A DNA stretch of 64,000 bases from an uncultured Gammaproteobacteria bacterium (GTDB lineage Bacteria > Pseudomonadota > Gammaproteobacteria > Steroidobacterales > Steroidobacteraceae). How positions within the stretch are numbered: the stretch's first letter is position 1; each line of letters begins with the position of its first letter. Position numbers and translations under genes: made by a program. The DNA is taken from the NCBI GenBank assembly GCA_963771615.1, contig CAVYUD010000001.1, forward strand, positions 11,490 to 75,489, given 5' to 3'. Below, piece after piece: positions 40,572-49,268 of this stretch. The notes beneath the pieces were generated by a model that was not told the origin of the DNA, ran no database searches, and was given only the letters and a program-made list of their open reading frames with translations.

Positions 40572-40620
40572 GACTTGGCTGACATCTCTCGGCAATAAGT
40601 CTGCGACCAGCCTTTCGGTG

Positions 40621-41909
40621 TGTAGTACCTGACACATAGCTTACTGCATATACCGGAGACATCGTTTACACCTCAAGGCTTTGGGAGTGCCCCAATGCCG
40701 TGGAAGGAGTGTAAGCGGATGGATGAACGGCTTCGTTTTGTGGCCCGCCTACTGGATGGGGAGAACATGTCTCGAGTGTGCCGAGAGTTTGGCATCTCTC
40801 GTCCTACGGGCTACAAAATATTCAACCGCTACAAGGATCTGGGTTACCAAGGATTGCTCGACCGCAGTCGACGTCCCTACCGACACGCCAACAAGCTGCC
40901 TTTCCAGCTCGAGAGTGCGATTGTTAGGCTGCGCACCGAACATCCGAGTTGGGGCGCTGCGAAGATCCGTGAGAAGCTGCTGCGCGCTTTCCCCATGGTG
41001 CCGGCGCCGGCCAAAAGCACCGTGCACGCGGTGCTGGATCGCAACGGCCTAGTCGAGCGGCGCAAACGCCGACGCCACAAAGCCCAAGGCACTTCTCTTA
41101 CCGATCCGAGTTCACCAAACCAACTCTGGTGTGCAGACTTTAAAGGCGAGTTCATGCTCGGCAATCGCCTGTACTGCTATCCGCTGACAATCAGCGACTA
41201 CAGCTCTCGATACCTGCTGGCCTGCGAGAGCCTCGAGTCGACCAAGTCTGCTTTTGCCTTTAACGTCTTTGAGCGAGTTTTTAAGGACTTCGGACTGCCC
41301 AGCGCCATCCGCAGCGACAACGGTGTTCCCTTCGCCTCACCCAACGCTCTGTTCGGGTTGAGCAAGCTTGCCGTATGTGTGGCTACGCTTAGGCATCCAG
41401 ATCGAGCGCATTAAGCCCGGACATCCTCAGCAAAACGGACGCCATGAACGCATGCACTTGACGCTGAAGAAGGAAGCCACCAAGCCGGCCTCCTTCAACT
41501 TCCTGCAGCAGCAGAGTCGCTTCGATAAGTTCATCGAGGTTTACAACTCGCAACGACCCCACCAAGCCCTCGGCATGCGCTACCCAGCGGAACTGTATAC
41601 ACCCTCTGTTCGCCCTTACCGCGACCCTGAGCCGCCGCAGTATCCCTTCCACGATCGCACCGTGTGTGTCACGCAATGTGGTCGAATCTGCATCGGAAAG
41701 CGAAAAATCAACTTGAGCCAAGTCTTCTCCGGTCAACTCCTGGGTATCCGCGAGGTAGATGAGAAAATCTGGCTTGTCAGCTTCTTGGATTTTGACTTAG
41801 GTTACTTCGATGAGACGGAGGGACGGGTCGAACCAGGCCCCAATCCCTTCGCCGCAAAAGTGTTAACGATGCCACCGGTATAGTCTGTAAAGGATGTGCC
41901 CGGTACAGA
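40621..41909. mobile_element. IS481-family insertion sequence (~1.29 kb)
   Basis: Imperfect terminal inverted repeats: TGTAGTACCTGACACATAGCTTAC at 40621-40644 versus the reverse complement of 41887-41909. They flank a DDE transposase gene. Confidence 0.7.
40695..41883 (+). pseudogene. IS481-family DDE transposase, one frameshift
   Basis: ORF 40695..41414 has an HTH and the first part of the catalytic core (LWCADFKGEF...IRSDNGVPF). ORF 41368..41883 continues (IERIKPGHPQQNGRHERMH...). The shift lies near 41370-41385. Confidence 0.8.
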
Positions 41910-41919
41910 CCGTGCTGAA

Positions 41920-41964
41920 TGGCTCCCCGGGACGGATTCGAACCGCCGACCAACGGATTAACAG
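41920..41964. repeat. 45-nt perfect direct repeat of the tRNA-Asn 3' end (distal att site of the capsid-encoding element)
   Basis: TGGCTCCCCGGGACGGATTCGAACCGCCGACCAACGGATTAACAG is identical to 51032-51076. Confidence 0.85.
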
Positions 41965-42112
41965 GGCCTAACTTCGCGCATTCTTCTTACGGTTGCGCAC
42001 GTAACTGCAAGATAATAAAGCACATCAGAAGCGGCAATAACGCTGCTTTTTCAGCTATTCCGAAGTGCGTTGCAACACGGTTGCAACTCAAACGAACCGC
42101 GAGTGACGGGAG

Positions 42113-42898
42113 TCAGACTTGGGTGGGAGGCTGCGGATCACTAAAGTCCCTGCCAACCTTGCGTCTCTTTCGCCATTTGTTAACGAGCCTGCGCAAACAT
42201 CGGCGCCACCAGGCAGCTTTCCTCGTACTGGCGGGCGGCGACACTCCACGGGCTGGCGCCGTCGGTGTGTACCTCATTATCAAACCGGTCGGAAATACCA
42301 GACTGAGGACCTCACTGAGTTGCGTCGATATTGAGAGCAGTGCCTCAACGGTCCTAGGAATGTCAGCCTGCAGGTTTCCGGTGAGTTGCTTCAATTGCTG
42401 TACAAGATCAAATCCGACCATTTCCTCGACAACATGACTCGGCACGGATTCGCTCGGGCGCAGAACCTCTCGCGCGCGCTCTTGGAATCTCAAGTGAGTT
42501 TCATTGCGCATTTTGTTTGCCGCCAGAATGGAAAGGAAGGCCCTCTCGACCAATGACAATCTATTCAAGATGTCTGCATCGTGCGATTTGAGCAAGAATC
42601 CCAAACGGTCCATTGGGAGCGTCGATCGTTCATTCCACACAATCGTCATCGGAAGGTATTCGATATAGACAGGGTCTCGTTTCAATTTGCTACGCACCTC
42701 CAATGCTCTATCGACAAACGCCTGCTGATCATAATTGCGAATGACCGAATACATCTGTGCGAGGACCATGATCGCTTCGTTTCCGGCCGCAAGGTTCTCA
42801 CGATGCTTCTCGCTGCCTCGCCGTACAGCCTCCAATGCGAAGGCGGCGACTGCAAAAAAAGCCGCTCCAAACTCTGCATATGGGGTGGACTCGCTCAT
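42113..42898 (-). CDS. Cargo protein C, hypothetical (261 aa, predicted all-helical, basic tail)
   Basis: ORF with about 50% GC. The start lies 4 nt after the stop of the 70-aa ORF. No recognisable domain. Confidence 0.55.
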   Translation of the reverse strand: MSESTPYAEFGAAFFAVAAFALEAVRRGSEKHRENLAAGNEAIMVLAQMYSVIRNYDQQAFVDRALEVRSKLKRDPVYIEYLPMTIVWNERSTLPMDRLGFLLKSHDADILNRLSLVERAFLSILAANKMRNETHLRFQERAREVLRPSESVPSHVVEEMVGFDLVQQLKQLTGNLQADIPRTVEALLSISTQLSEVLSLVFPTGLIMRYTPTAPARGVSPPASTRKAAWWRRCLRRLVNKWRKRRKVGRDFSDPQPPTQV

Positions 42899-42902
42899 TT
42901 TC

Positions 42903-43115
42903 TCACTTCCCTACCCGCGCGGCTTGAGCCGGTAAAGGCCGGTTTCTTTCCAGACTTCGATTACATCGCGTTTCGCGAGTAGTTCTGCGGCTTTCTTCGT
43001 CGCTTCGAGGCTTCCGATCTAGCCATTTGTCCGGGCGATCCGACGCCCATTCGAGCATTGCGAGCATTTGCTCCTGCACCAGGCGTTCTTGTCGCGTAAG
43101 TTTTTTCGCTGTCAA
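42903..43115 (-). CDS. Cargo protein B, small hypothetical (70 aa, charged)
   Basis: ATG 43115 overlaps the stop of the upstream gene (ATGA). Translational coupling on both sides supports that it is a real gene. Confidence 0.45.
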   Translation of the reverse strand: MTAKKLTRQERLVQEQMLAMLEWASDRPDKWLDRKPRSDEESRRTTRETRCNRSLERNRPLPAQAARVGK

Positions 43116-43969
43116 GCGCTGCCTGCGGGTCGACGAAATTCTTCGTCGGCTTCATTTCCATCCGTGTGCGCCGCTAGGCTGGGACCCATTACCCCGAGTG
43201 GTCCACCCGTGTAAAAGCGGTACCGAGTAAACCTGTCGTTCCCGAATGCGTCACGATAGCGGATTTCGCCAAACACAAAAATTGCTTTTTTCCCGCTCCG
43301 AAGATCTCCTAAAACTTCAGTGCTCAACACAACCCCCGATACCCAGAAAATAGCTCTGTTAGAGGAAGGACCCATGCTCGCTTTTGAGATTTTCGGATCA
43401 TCAAATCGAGCCTTTGGCACAAGTTCCGTTATTAAGGGCCAATCAACGAGTTCTGTACTTATTGTCGCTTGGGCGTCGTAAGCTGGCGTCTGGCCAAAGT
43501 TTCTAAATTCGATAACTACACCTGTCCCGCCACCAGCAAATATTGTTCGGTTAGGCTCTATGAAGTTGCTATTTGCGTCCGCCGCGACAATCCTTGCGTT
43601 CTCAACAAAAACATCCGCCCGCAATTGCCTCACTGCTGTTCTTTCCGCATCTTCAACCAGGTTTCCGGTTGATCGCCAAAGCCGGTAGGTAAAGATTGCT
43701 AAGGCGGCTGTTATAACTGCGAGGGCCCCAGTCCCAACAGCAGTCCAAAATTCGATCCTGGATTTTCGCGTTTCTCTGTCATTTTCCAGACGAGTCTCCG
43801 TCAGAGGCTTGCTGATGATGATTGGCTGATCTGCAGTTCCGCGCCTGTCAGTCTCCGCCGTCGGATTAGGGTAGGCATCCGGGATTTCCGGAATGATGGT
43901 GGCGTGCGCAATTGCGAATGCGAGTAATCCCGTAAATGTCAGTCCGTGCCGCATCTTGTGGAGGCTCAT
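43112..43969 (-). CDS. Cargo protein A, hypothetical membrane protein (285 aa, two TM segments plus a ~170-aa beta-rich C-terminal domain)
   Basis: TM1 LTFTGLLAFAIAHATII and TM2 FWTAVGTGALAVITAALAIFTY. C-terminal domain ...VVIEFRNFGQTPAYD...IFVFGEIRYRDAFGNDRFTRYRFY. Confidence 0.55.
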   Translation of the reverse strand: MSLHKMRHGLTFTGLLAFAIAHATIIPEIPDAYPNPTAETDRRGTADQPIIISKPLTETRLENDRETRKSRIEFWTAVGTGALAVITAALAIFTYRLWRSTGNLVEDAERTAVRQLRADVFVENARIVAADANSNFIEPNRTIFAGGGTGVVIEFRNFGQTPAYDAQATISTELVDWPLITELVPKARFDDPKISKASMGPSSNRAIFWVSGVVLSTEVLGDLRSGKKAIFVFGEIRYRDAFGNDRFTRYRFYTGGPLGVMGPSLAAHTDGNEADEEFRRPAGSA

Positions 43970-44068
43970 GCGCCAATTGTAGCGGGCCGGTGTTGAAAAA
44001 GACCGTCCAATGTTGCGACCAGCCCTGCGGCCATTTCACAGATACCCGATCTGCGCTACATTCGCGGA

Positions 44069-44374
44069 GTGCTGATCGGCGCGAAAGTCCGAATCGATCC
44101 CAACACACCGTGCGGCGATTGCCCGCACGCGCCCAGCTGCGCCGCTTCTGGCATGGTCTGCGTGGCCTTTAATTGCTTCATAAGCAGCGGCTACTCAAGC
44201 CAGCGCTGGCGATCGCTGCCGCGAGAGCCAAGCGCAGCGATGACAGCGCACTCGCAGCAGCTGCATAGAAAGCAAACGGAGATGGAGCTTAAATGGCTGG
44301 CGAAGTTCGAGAAGCGCCAGGCGCGAAGGGGAAAGGCCACCAACTCGAGTCGCCCCGAATCGGTGGCCTGCTGA
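44069..44374 (+). CDS. Possible Cys-rich small protein (101 aa), convergent with the capsid gene
   Basis: ORF only (GTG start). No homology recognised. It could be non-coding. Confidence 0.3.
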   Translation: MLIGAKVRIDPNTPCGDCPHAPSCAASGMVCVAFNCFISSGYSSQRWRSLPREPSAAMTAHSQQLHRKQTEMELKWLAKFEKRQARRGKATNSSRPESVAC

Positions 44375-45522
44375 TCAAGCCAGCGCGACGACCTGCACAG
44401 CGTGCGCGTCGCCTACGGATAATTGCCCTCGAAGCTCGGCCAGGTAGGTGAATAGGTTCTCGGTGAACTGCGAGCCCGTATAGCCGATTAGGAATTGAAT
44501 TTCCTGCCGATCCAGTATCTCGACCAGCTGCGTATCCAGCACAATCGCATGGCCCGCCGCCAGACCAGGCGTAGAGACAATCTTTGCGTTGTTCCAGAGG
44601 GCGCTCGGCGCGGTTGCATCTACGTACTCACCAGTGGTCGCCCGCTCGGAAATGATATTGAAATAGTCGCTGGAATTCACTATCACCAAATCCGCCGCGT
44701 ATCCGTAAGGCGGAAGGCCGTTGTAGACTGCATCGCCGATTTTGTCCCGATTCTTTGTCGCGGCCGACGTGAATGCGGTGCCCGCGTTCACTAAGCCAGT
44801 GATATGCCCATCGCTGGCGCTGCCTGAGCCGCTGATGATCAGATTCTCGTACTTGCGCAGCACGAAGAACGAGAGCCAGGACTGCAGGAAAGCTGGCAAT
44901 GACGAAACATCATCCAGCAGCTGGCGGCTTGCATTCAGGAAGGTCGCAACCGTCGCCATCGGCAAGCTTGCGTGTGAACGGACATAGTGCTTTCGCCCTT
45001 CGCGCCGCCCTGGAATTCCTGGACGGCCGATCCATCGCTGCTGCTGGTAACTTCGGGGACAATCGCCGTGCCTGCTCCTGTCGGCCGATGCGGCAACGCC
45101 TGAAGCACTTGCAGTTTTCTGCCGGGCGAAGAAATTGGGACTGGCGAAATAAATTCTGTCGGCGTCGGGAAGCCGTCTTCCGGCGAAGATCCGCTGGTGC
45201 CGGTCGAGACAAGGACGGATTTGATCAGCATCGACAGCGAGCCCTTCTGGGTCAGCTGAATCTGGCGCGTCTCGCCCTTGCGCAGCTGCTCGATCTTCGG
45301 ATCAGCGGCAAGCAATTCGCCGAAGTTTAGGCGGCCGCCGGCGCCACGATTGCCGCCGCTGCGGACGCTCTTCGCGACCTTCTGCTCAAGATCCAGAATG
45401 CGCGCATCGGTGGCCTTGGTGTAATCGCCGAGTTCGGCCAACTGCTTATCGACCTTCAGGCCGGAAGCCTTCGCTGCATCGCCGATTTCGCCGATAGATT
45501 TCGTGATCGTTGCAAGATCCAT
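44375..45522 (-). pseudogene. HK97-fold phage major capsid protein, one frameshift as sequenced
   Basis: ORF 44935..45522 has an N-terminal coiled delta-like region (...DARILDLEQKVA...). ORF 44375..44965 carries ...TFLNASRQLLDD...IISGSG...GLV... and a C-terminal A-domain. The shift lies near 44960-44970. Confidence 0.85.
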
Positions 45523-45525
45523 AAA

Positions 45526-46188
45526 TTAATTCCTTGAATTGAAGTTTTGAGTAGCGCGCCTCGCTGCGGCAAGCACCGCCGTGATTTCTTGCGCGTCGAA
45601 TTTGGGTTCGTGATCGTCTTCCGCCAAAAGCGGGCCGCACGCCTTTGCAATTTTCTCGGCCAGGCGGCGCGGCATCGGCGGAAGCTCGCCTTCGCGTAGC
45701 AAGCGCTCAAGATCTGCGCCTGCGAGATTCTTCACCGCCAAGATTCGCGATTCTCGATTCGATGGCGCTGCGACGGCGCTGATTTCGACCAGATCGACGC
45801 GCTTGAAGCGCTTGCCGCCGCCAGAAATGGCTTCCACATGCCCATCGTGCGGCATGAATCCGACGCTTAGCGAAAGCTGATTGGCGCGCGCAAGGGCCAA
45901 CGCGCGGTCCGCAGATGGCGTGCCGGGTATGATTCGACCTTCGACGTGCAGGCCTTCGTCGGTTTCTTCAGCGCTTGTGATGCCGCCCAGCTGGTCGCGC
46001 TCCGAGTGATTGTTCAAAAGCGGGATGCGCTGCTTACCGGAATGCAGCGCGGCGATTGAATCGGCGAAAGCACCAGGCAAAATCTCGTCGCCATGACGAT
46101 CTCGCGCCCAGCTCGATGCGAACCCTGCGAATGTGCCTGAATCGGCTGCGGGCGCGAATTTTAAAATCAATGGCTGCGAAAAGATCAC
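45526..46188 (-). CDS. HK97-family prohead protease (S78/U35)
   Basis: ...FAGFASSWARDRHGDEILPGAF... (catalytic His region) and ...LSLSVGF... (Ser region). It sits immediately upstream of the capsid gene. Confidence 0.85.
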   Translation of the reverse strand: MIFSQPLILKFAPAADSGTFAGFASSWARDRHGDEILPGAFADSIAALHSGKQRIPLLNNHSERDQLGGITSAEETDEGLHVEGRIIPGTPSADRALALARANQLSLSVGFMPHDGHVEAISGGGKRFKRVDLVEISAVAAPSNRESRILAVKNLAGADLERLLREGELPPMPRRLAEKIAKACGPLLAEDDHEPKFDAQEITAVLAAARRATQNFNSRN

Positions 46189-46333
46189 GCGCGCACCTCA
46201 AAGGCCAGTAGAAAATCTGGATTGCCTTTCGAGAAGCGCGGTCGCACATTCTGAAAAATGCAAAGGCGCGCGGTCGCACAGCCTCTACGCGGCGGAATGT
46301 AGCGCATGGAAGCATGGCCGCACAAGACCGGCT

Positions 46334-46666
46334 TCACGATTTCGGGCCAACAATCGAGACATTCCTTCGGCCGGTATGCACACGCGATGCCTTCGCCAGG
46401 TCAGAAATTCCCTGGCCCATGCGCTTGAACCTTTGCAGCGCTATGTGCAGCGCGATCTTCGCGTCTGCGGCGGACATCGGGCCTTCGATCTGCCAGGAAA
46501 TGATCAGTCCGTTCTGAATCGTCGCAACGCCGACGCATGCTTGATCCTTTCCCACATGCGGGCAATCGACGATCGCGTGGTCATCGGGTAGCGCGAATCC
46601 TGCCAGCTGATGTGCTTCGGCTTCGCATGCCGCGCAAAGCATAGGCGGCCGGAGGTGCGTGGCCAT
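46334..46666 (-). CDS. Hypothetical protein (110 aa)
   Basis: ORF co-oriented in the element. Its start abuts the stop of the upstream ORF. No domain recognised. Confidence 0.4.
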   Translation of the reverse strand: MATHLRPPMLCAACEAEAHQLAGFALPDDHAIVDCPHVGKDQACVGVATIQNGLIISWQIEGPMSAADAKIALHIALQRFKRMGQGISDLAKASRVHTGRRNVSIVGPKS

Positions 46667-46908
46667 CAGTTCGTCGCCCTTGCGATGCGCGCCTGATACT
46701 GCGCCAGGCGCACCGCCAACATGCCGTTGATCTGCCGCATGGCGATTTTCAGCTGCTGCTCGTCCATCAGCCCGCTTGATGCCAGCAAAAGCTGCCCACG
46801 CTCGCCTACATTCAGGAATGTTTCGTACGTCATGCTATTCAGCAAAAGGATCAGCGCCAGCTGCGAAGTCTCTCGCGCTACGGGTTCGTCGAAAGTCGGT
46901 TCGGTCAT
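46666..46908 (-). CDS. Hypothetical protein (~80 aa, from the internal Met MTEPTF...)
   Basis: The internal Met is preceded by AGAGGAA. The longer 5' extension looks non-coding. Confidence 0.4.
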   Translation of the reverse strand: MTEPTFDEPVARETSQLALILLLNSMTYETFLNVGERGQLLLASSGLMDEQQLKIAMRQINGMLAVRLAQYQARIARATN

Positions 46909-47113
46909 CGGAATTCCTCTATTTGCCGGGAAAAAGTGAAACTGCTCGGGGGGGATGCTGCGAATTAAGCGACGGGGTACCATGCAATTTCGCGCAAAGG
47001 GGCTCGCGTTTGGACGATGGCCGCGCAAAAATCTTTCTAGGACGCGATCGCTTGCGCGCACCGCTTTTTACTGTGGACCGCCCTACGGGAGGCGGACCCG
47101 CCCCTATGGGCGA

Positions 47114-47386
47114 TCATGGCGATTTGCCTTCGAGCGCCGCATAGCTCGCGATTTGAAAGTGGAGTAGGCCGCTCCATCCGCAGCCGCACTCAGCGATGCG
47201 GCTGTTAGGCAAATCGACATACCACCATCGAAAGCCGCGCACGCCATTGGGCGTTCGCTGCGTGTGCGCGATATGGTTGTGAACAATGGCCCGCCCTGCG
47301 ATCCGTTCGGGCATTCTTCGTCCTGCGATCCGTTCGGGCATTCTTCGTTCTTCTGGCATTCCTCGCTGCGCTTTTGTTGTCTTCAT
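47114..47386 (-). CDS. Hypothetical protein (90 aa) containing a duplicated RRMPERIAG segment
   Basis: ORF. Contains the perfect 27-bp tandem duplication at 47295-47348. Confidence 0.4.
   Translation of the reverse strand: MKTTKAQRGMPEERRMPERIAGRRMPERIAGRAIVHNHIAHTQRTPNGVRGFRWWYVDLPNSRIAECGCGWSGLLHFQIASYAALEGKSP
47295..47348. repeat. Perfect tandem duplication, 2 x 27 bp (CCTGCGATCCGTTCGGGCATTCTTCGT)
   Basis: Read directly. It is in-frame within ORF 47114..47386. Confidence 0.9.
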
Positions 47387-47428
47387 TTCGAATCTCTCCT
47401 GCAGTTACGGGTTCAATCAATCGGTTCG

Positions 47429-47623
47429 TCAAAGCATTTCGCGCGCGATGATCTGCACCACATCGTGATCATTCATGCGCAAGCAGCTGGCGATATCGCG
47501 CGGCCGAAGTCCATCGCGATGCATGCGCAGTACTTCGCGGCGAATATCATCGGGATTGGTTGGCCGATGCATCTGCGCGCGCGCTTCGTAGTCGCGCGCT
47601 GATAGAATTCGATCAGCCATCAA
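47429..47623 (-). CDS. Small HTH-like protein (64 aa)
   Basis: ...IRREVLRMHRDGLRPRDIASCLRMNDHDVVQII resembles a sigma-70 region 4 / LuxR-type HTH. Confidence 0.45.
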   Translation of the reverse strand: MMADRILSARDYEARAQMHRPTNPDDIRREVLRMHRDGLRPRDIASCLRMNDHDVVQIIAREML

Positions 47624-47750
47624 GCGTTGCTCCTAGCGATTTGGTGGTTAGGCCGCGCGGCCGAAGAGTCGGTATGCTGCGGCCAACGGGAACCGCCGCT
47701 TAGACTCAAGGATCGGACTGCGCTGGCCGATTTCAAATTGCGGCGAATTT

Positions 47751-48494
47751 TCAATGCAGCGCTCCCGATTCGGACAGCGAAAGCTTGAGGCGCTCGACGT
47801 CCTCGATCGGCAGATTGTATTCACGGGCGAACCAAGTCAGCGCCTGGCTTGGAACGGCCGCCATCACTTCAAGCGCGAGCTTCTCGCGCTGATCCTTCGG
47901 CAGATCTGAAAATTCAGCTTTGCCTTTCATGACCCTCCGCAGCGTTGGCGGCCTGGCTGCTGGCGCTTCGGGCTTCGAGCTTTTTTTTTCCAAATCTTCC
48001 GGCGCGCGCGGTGCGGCAGCTTGCTGCTGCACATTACATGTACGATTATTTGGAGGGTTACCTGAAGAGTTAAGAGAAGAGTTAGTCGGCAATCCTTGCC
48101 GGGCGTCGTGTCGTAGATTGCCGGGCGTCGGGTCGTCATTTGCCGGGCGTTCCCACTTTGGGTCATCTACCCAGGGTTTTGACGTACGCAATCCGGCCAG
48201 CCGATCGGGAATCGTGGCCATGTACTCGTGAACGAACCAAGCTTTGCCCTTCTGCGCCTTCTGATAGATCCTGAGCCACTCTGCGTCTGCCGCTAGATTG
48301 AGGTGAGTGCGAACCGATCGCACGCTCAGTCCGGCTCGCTTGGCGATAAGCTCCTGGGCTGGGAAAGCGTTTTCGCCGACCTGATTCATATGCAGGGAGA
48401 GCACCAAAAGCACCAGCCGAGTACTCGGATCTGACGGACCATTTTCGCTTGCGATCAATTCGCGCCATTGCCAGCGCTCACACTCAAGCGCCAT
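47751..48494 (-). CDS. Winged-helix replication-initiator-like protein
   Basis: N-terminal ...RLVLLVLSLHMNQVGENAFPAQELIAKRAGLSVRSVRTHLN... wHTH, as in phage/plasmid replication organiser proteins. Low-complexity linker. Confidence 0.55.
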   Translation of the reverse strand: MALECERWQWRELIASENGPSDPSTRLVLLVLSLHMNQVGENAFPAQELIAKRAGLSVRSVRTHLNLAADAEWLRIYQKAQKGKAWFVHEYMATIPDRLAGLRTSKPWVDDPKWERPANDDPTPGNLRHDARQGLPTNSSLNSSGNPPNNRTCNVQQQAAAPRAPEDLEKKSSKPEAPAARPPTLRRVMKGKAEFSDLPKDQREKLALEVMAAVPSQALTWFAREYNLPIEDVERLKLSLSESGALH

Positions 48495-48636
48495 TGCGCG
48501 CAGCCACTACTTCAATCATCGCTTGTCCGTCCCGTATCCGTTCCAAGCCTAAAAGAAACGCGCCGAATATCCGGCGACCGATCAGCTTCAAAAAGACGCA
48601 GCGCTTGATTACGGGTCAAGCGCTGCGCGATTCCGA

Positions 48637-48885
48637 TCAGGGCTGTGCTGCCGCGGCTTCTTTGCGCTGGCGATTCGGCGCTGTGCCGGTGCCAAGAAAT
48701 TCCAACGCCTCGGCTGCAGATAGGTCGTATGCAAAGCCCGCCACCGCAAAATTCGATGCGAGATCAACGATCATAAATTTCCCGTGATTGCTGGCTGACC
48801 CGAGATGCCGCCGGCTTTTTCGAAGTCGGTAGCCATGCGCTTTGGCTGCTCGCTGCGCGCGCGCGATCTGCTTACCGGCGCTCAT
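48637..48885 (-). CDS. Small hypothetical protein (82 aa) ending ...APNRQRKEAAAAQP
   Basis: ORF. 4-nt overlap with the upstream ORF. Its C-terminal tail is encoded by the 35-nt repeat. Confidence 0.45.
   Translation of the reverse strand: MSAGKQIARAQRAAKAHGYRLRKSRRHLGSASNHGKFMIVDLASNFAVAGFAYDLSAAEALEFLGTGTAPNRQRKEAAAAQP
48647..48681. repeat. 35-nt direct repeat, copy 1 (GCTGCCGCGGCTTCTTTGCGCTGGCGATTCGGCGC)
   Basis: 34 of 35 nt identical to 48892-48926, with 245-bp spacing. Confidence 0.85.
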
Positions 48886-49169
48886 GCCGATGCTGCCGCC
48901 GCTTCTTTGCGCTGGCGATTCGGCGCGATAGAAAAGCTGGCGACGTTGGCGGTGTGGAGTTCAAGCCAGCGCTGGTATCGGCTGCCCAGCACAATCAATT
49001 CGCGGCCGACGCGGGCAAGCGCGCCCGCTTGGATCAGTGAATCCCGATTGGCGCGAACGACGTACGCGGCGCGCGAGCAGGAATTGGGGTAAATGTGGGC
49101 GGGCCAGTCGGCGATCGTCCAGGAATCTTGCTGCGCGAATTTGCGCGGCTTCGGGGTCTTGGCAGGCAT
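48882..49169 (-). CDS. Possible excisionase/DNA-binding protein (95 aa) ending ...APNRQRKEAAAASA
   Basis: ...LIQAGALARVGRELIVLGSRYQRWLE resembles Xis/AlpA-type wHTH C-termini. The position near the integrase fits. Confidence 0.45.
   Translation of the reverse strand: MPAKTPKPRKFAQQDSWTIADWPAHIYPNSCSRAAYVVRANRDSLIQAGALARVGRELIVLGSRYQRWLELHTANVASFSIAPNRQRKEAAAASA
48892..48926. repeat. 35-nt direct repeat, copy 2
   Basis: See copy 1. Confidence 0.85.
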
Positions 49170-49268
49170 ATCAGCGGCTCCATCAAGTTTGGTACCGCTT
49201 ACCTATATAAAGTACTTTTGCCCGAGTGGGGCGCGCGAACGGCGTTCACGCGCCAAATAATCGAAAAA

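Noticed and set aside
47295-48926. Whether the tandem and direct repeats in the element could be a CRISPR array.
   Set aside because: Each repeat has only two copies. One pair is contiguous with no spacer. The other pair lies inside two coding regions. No cas genes are present.
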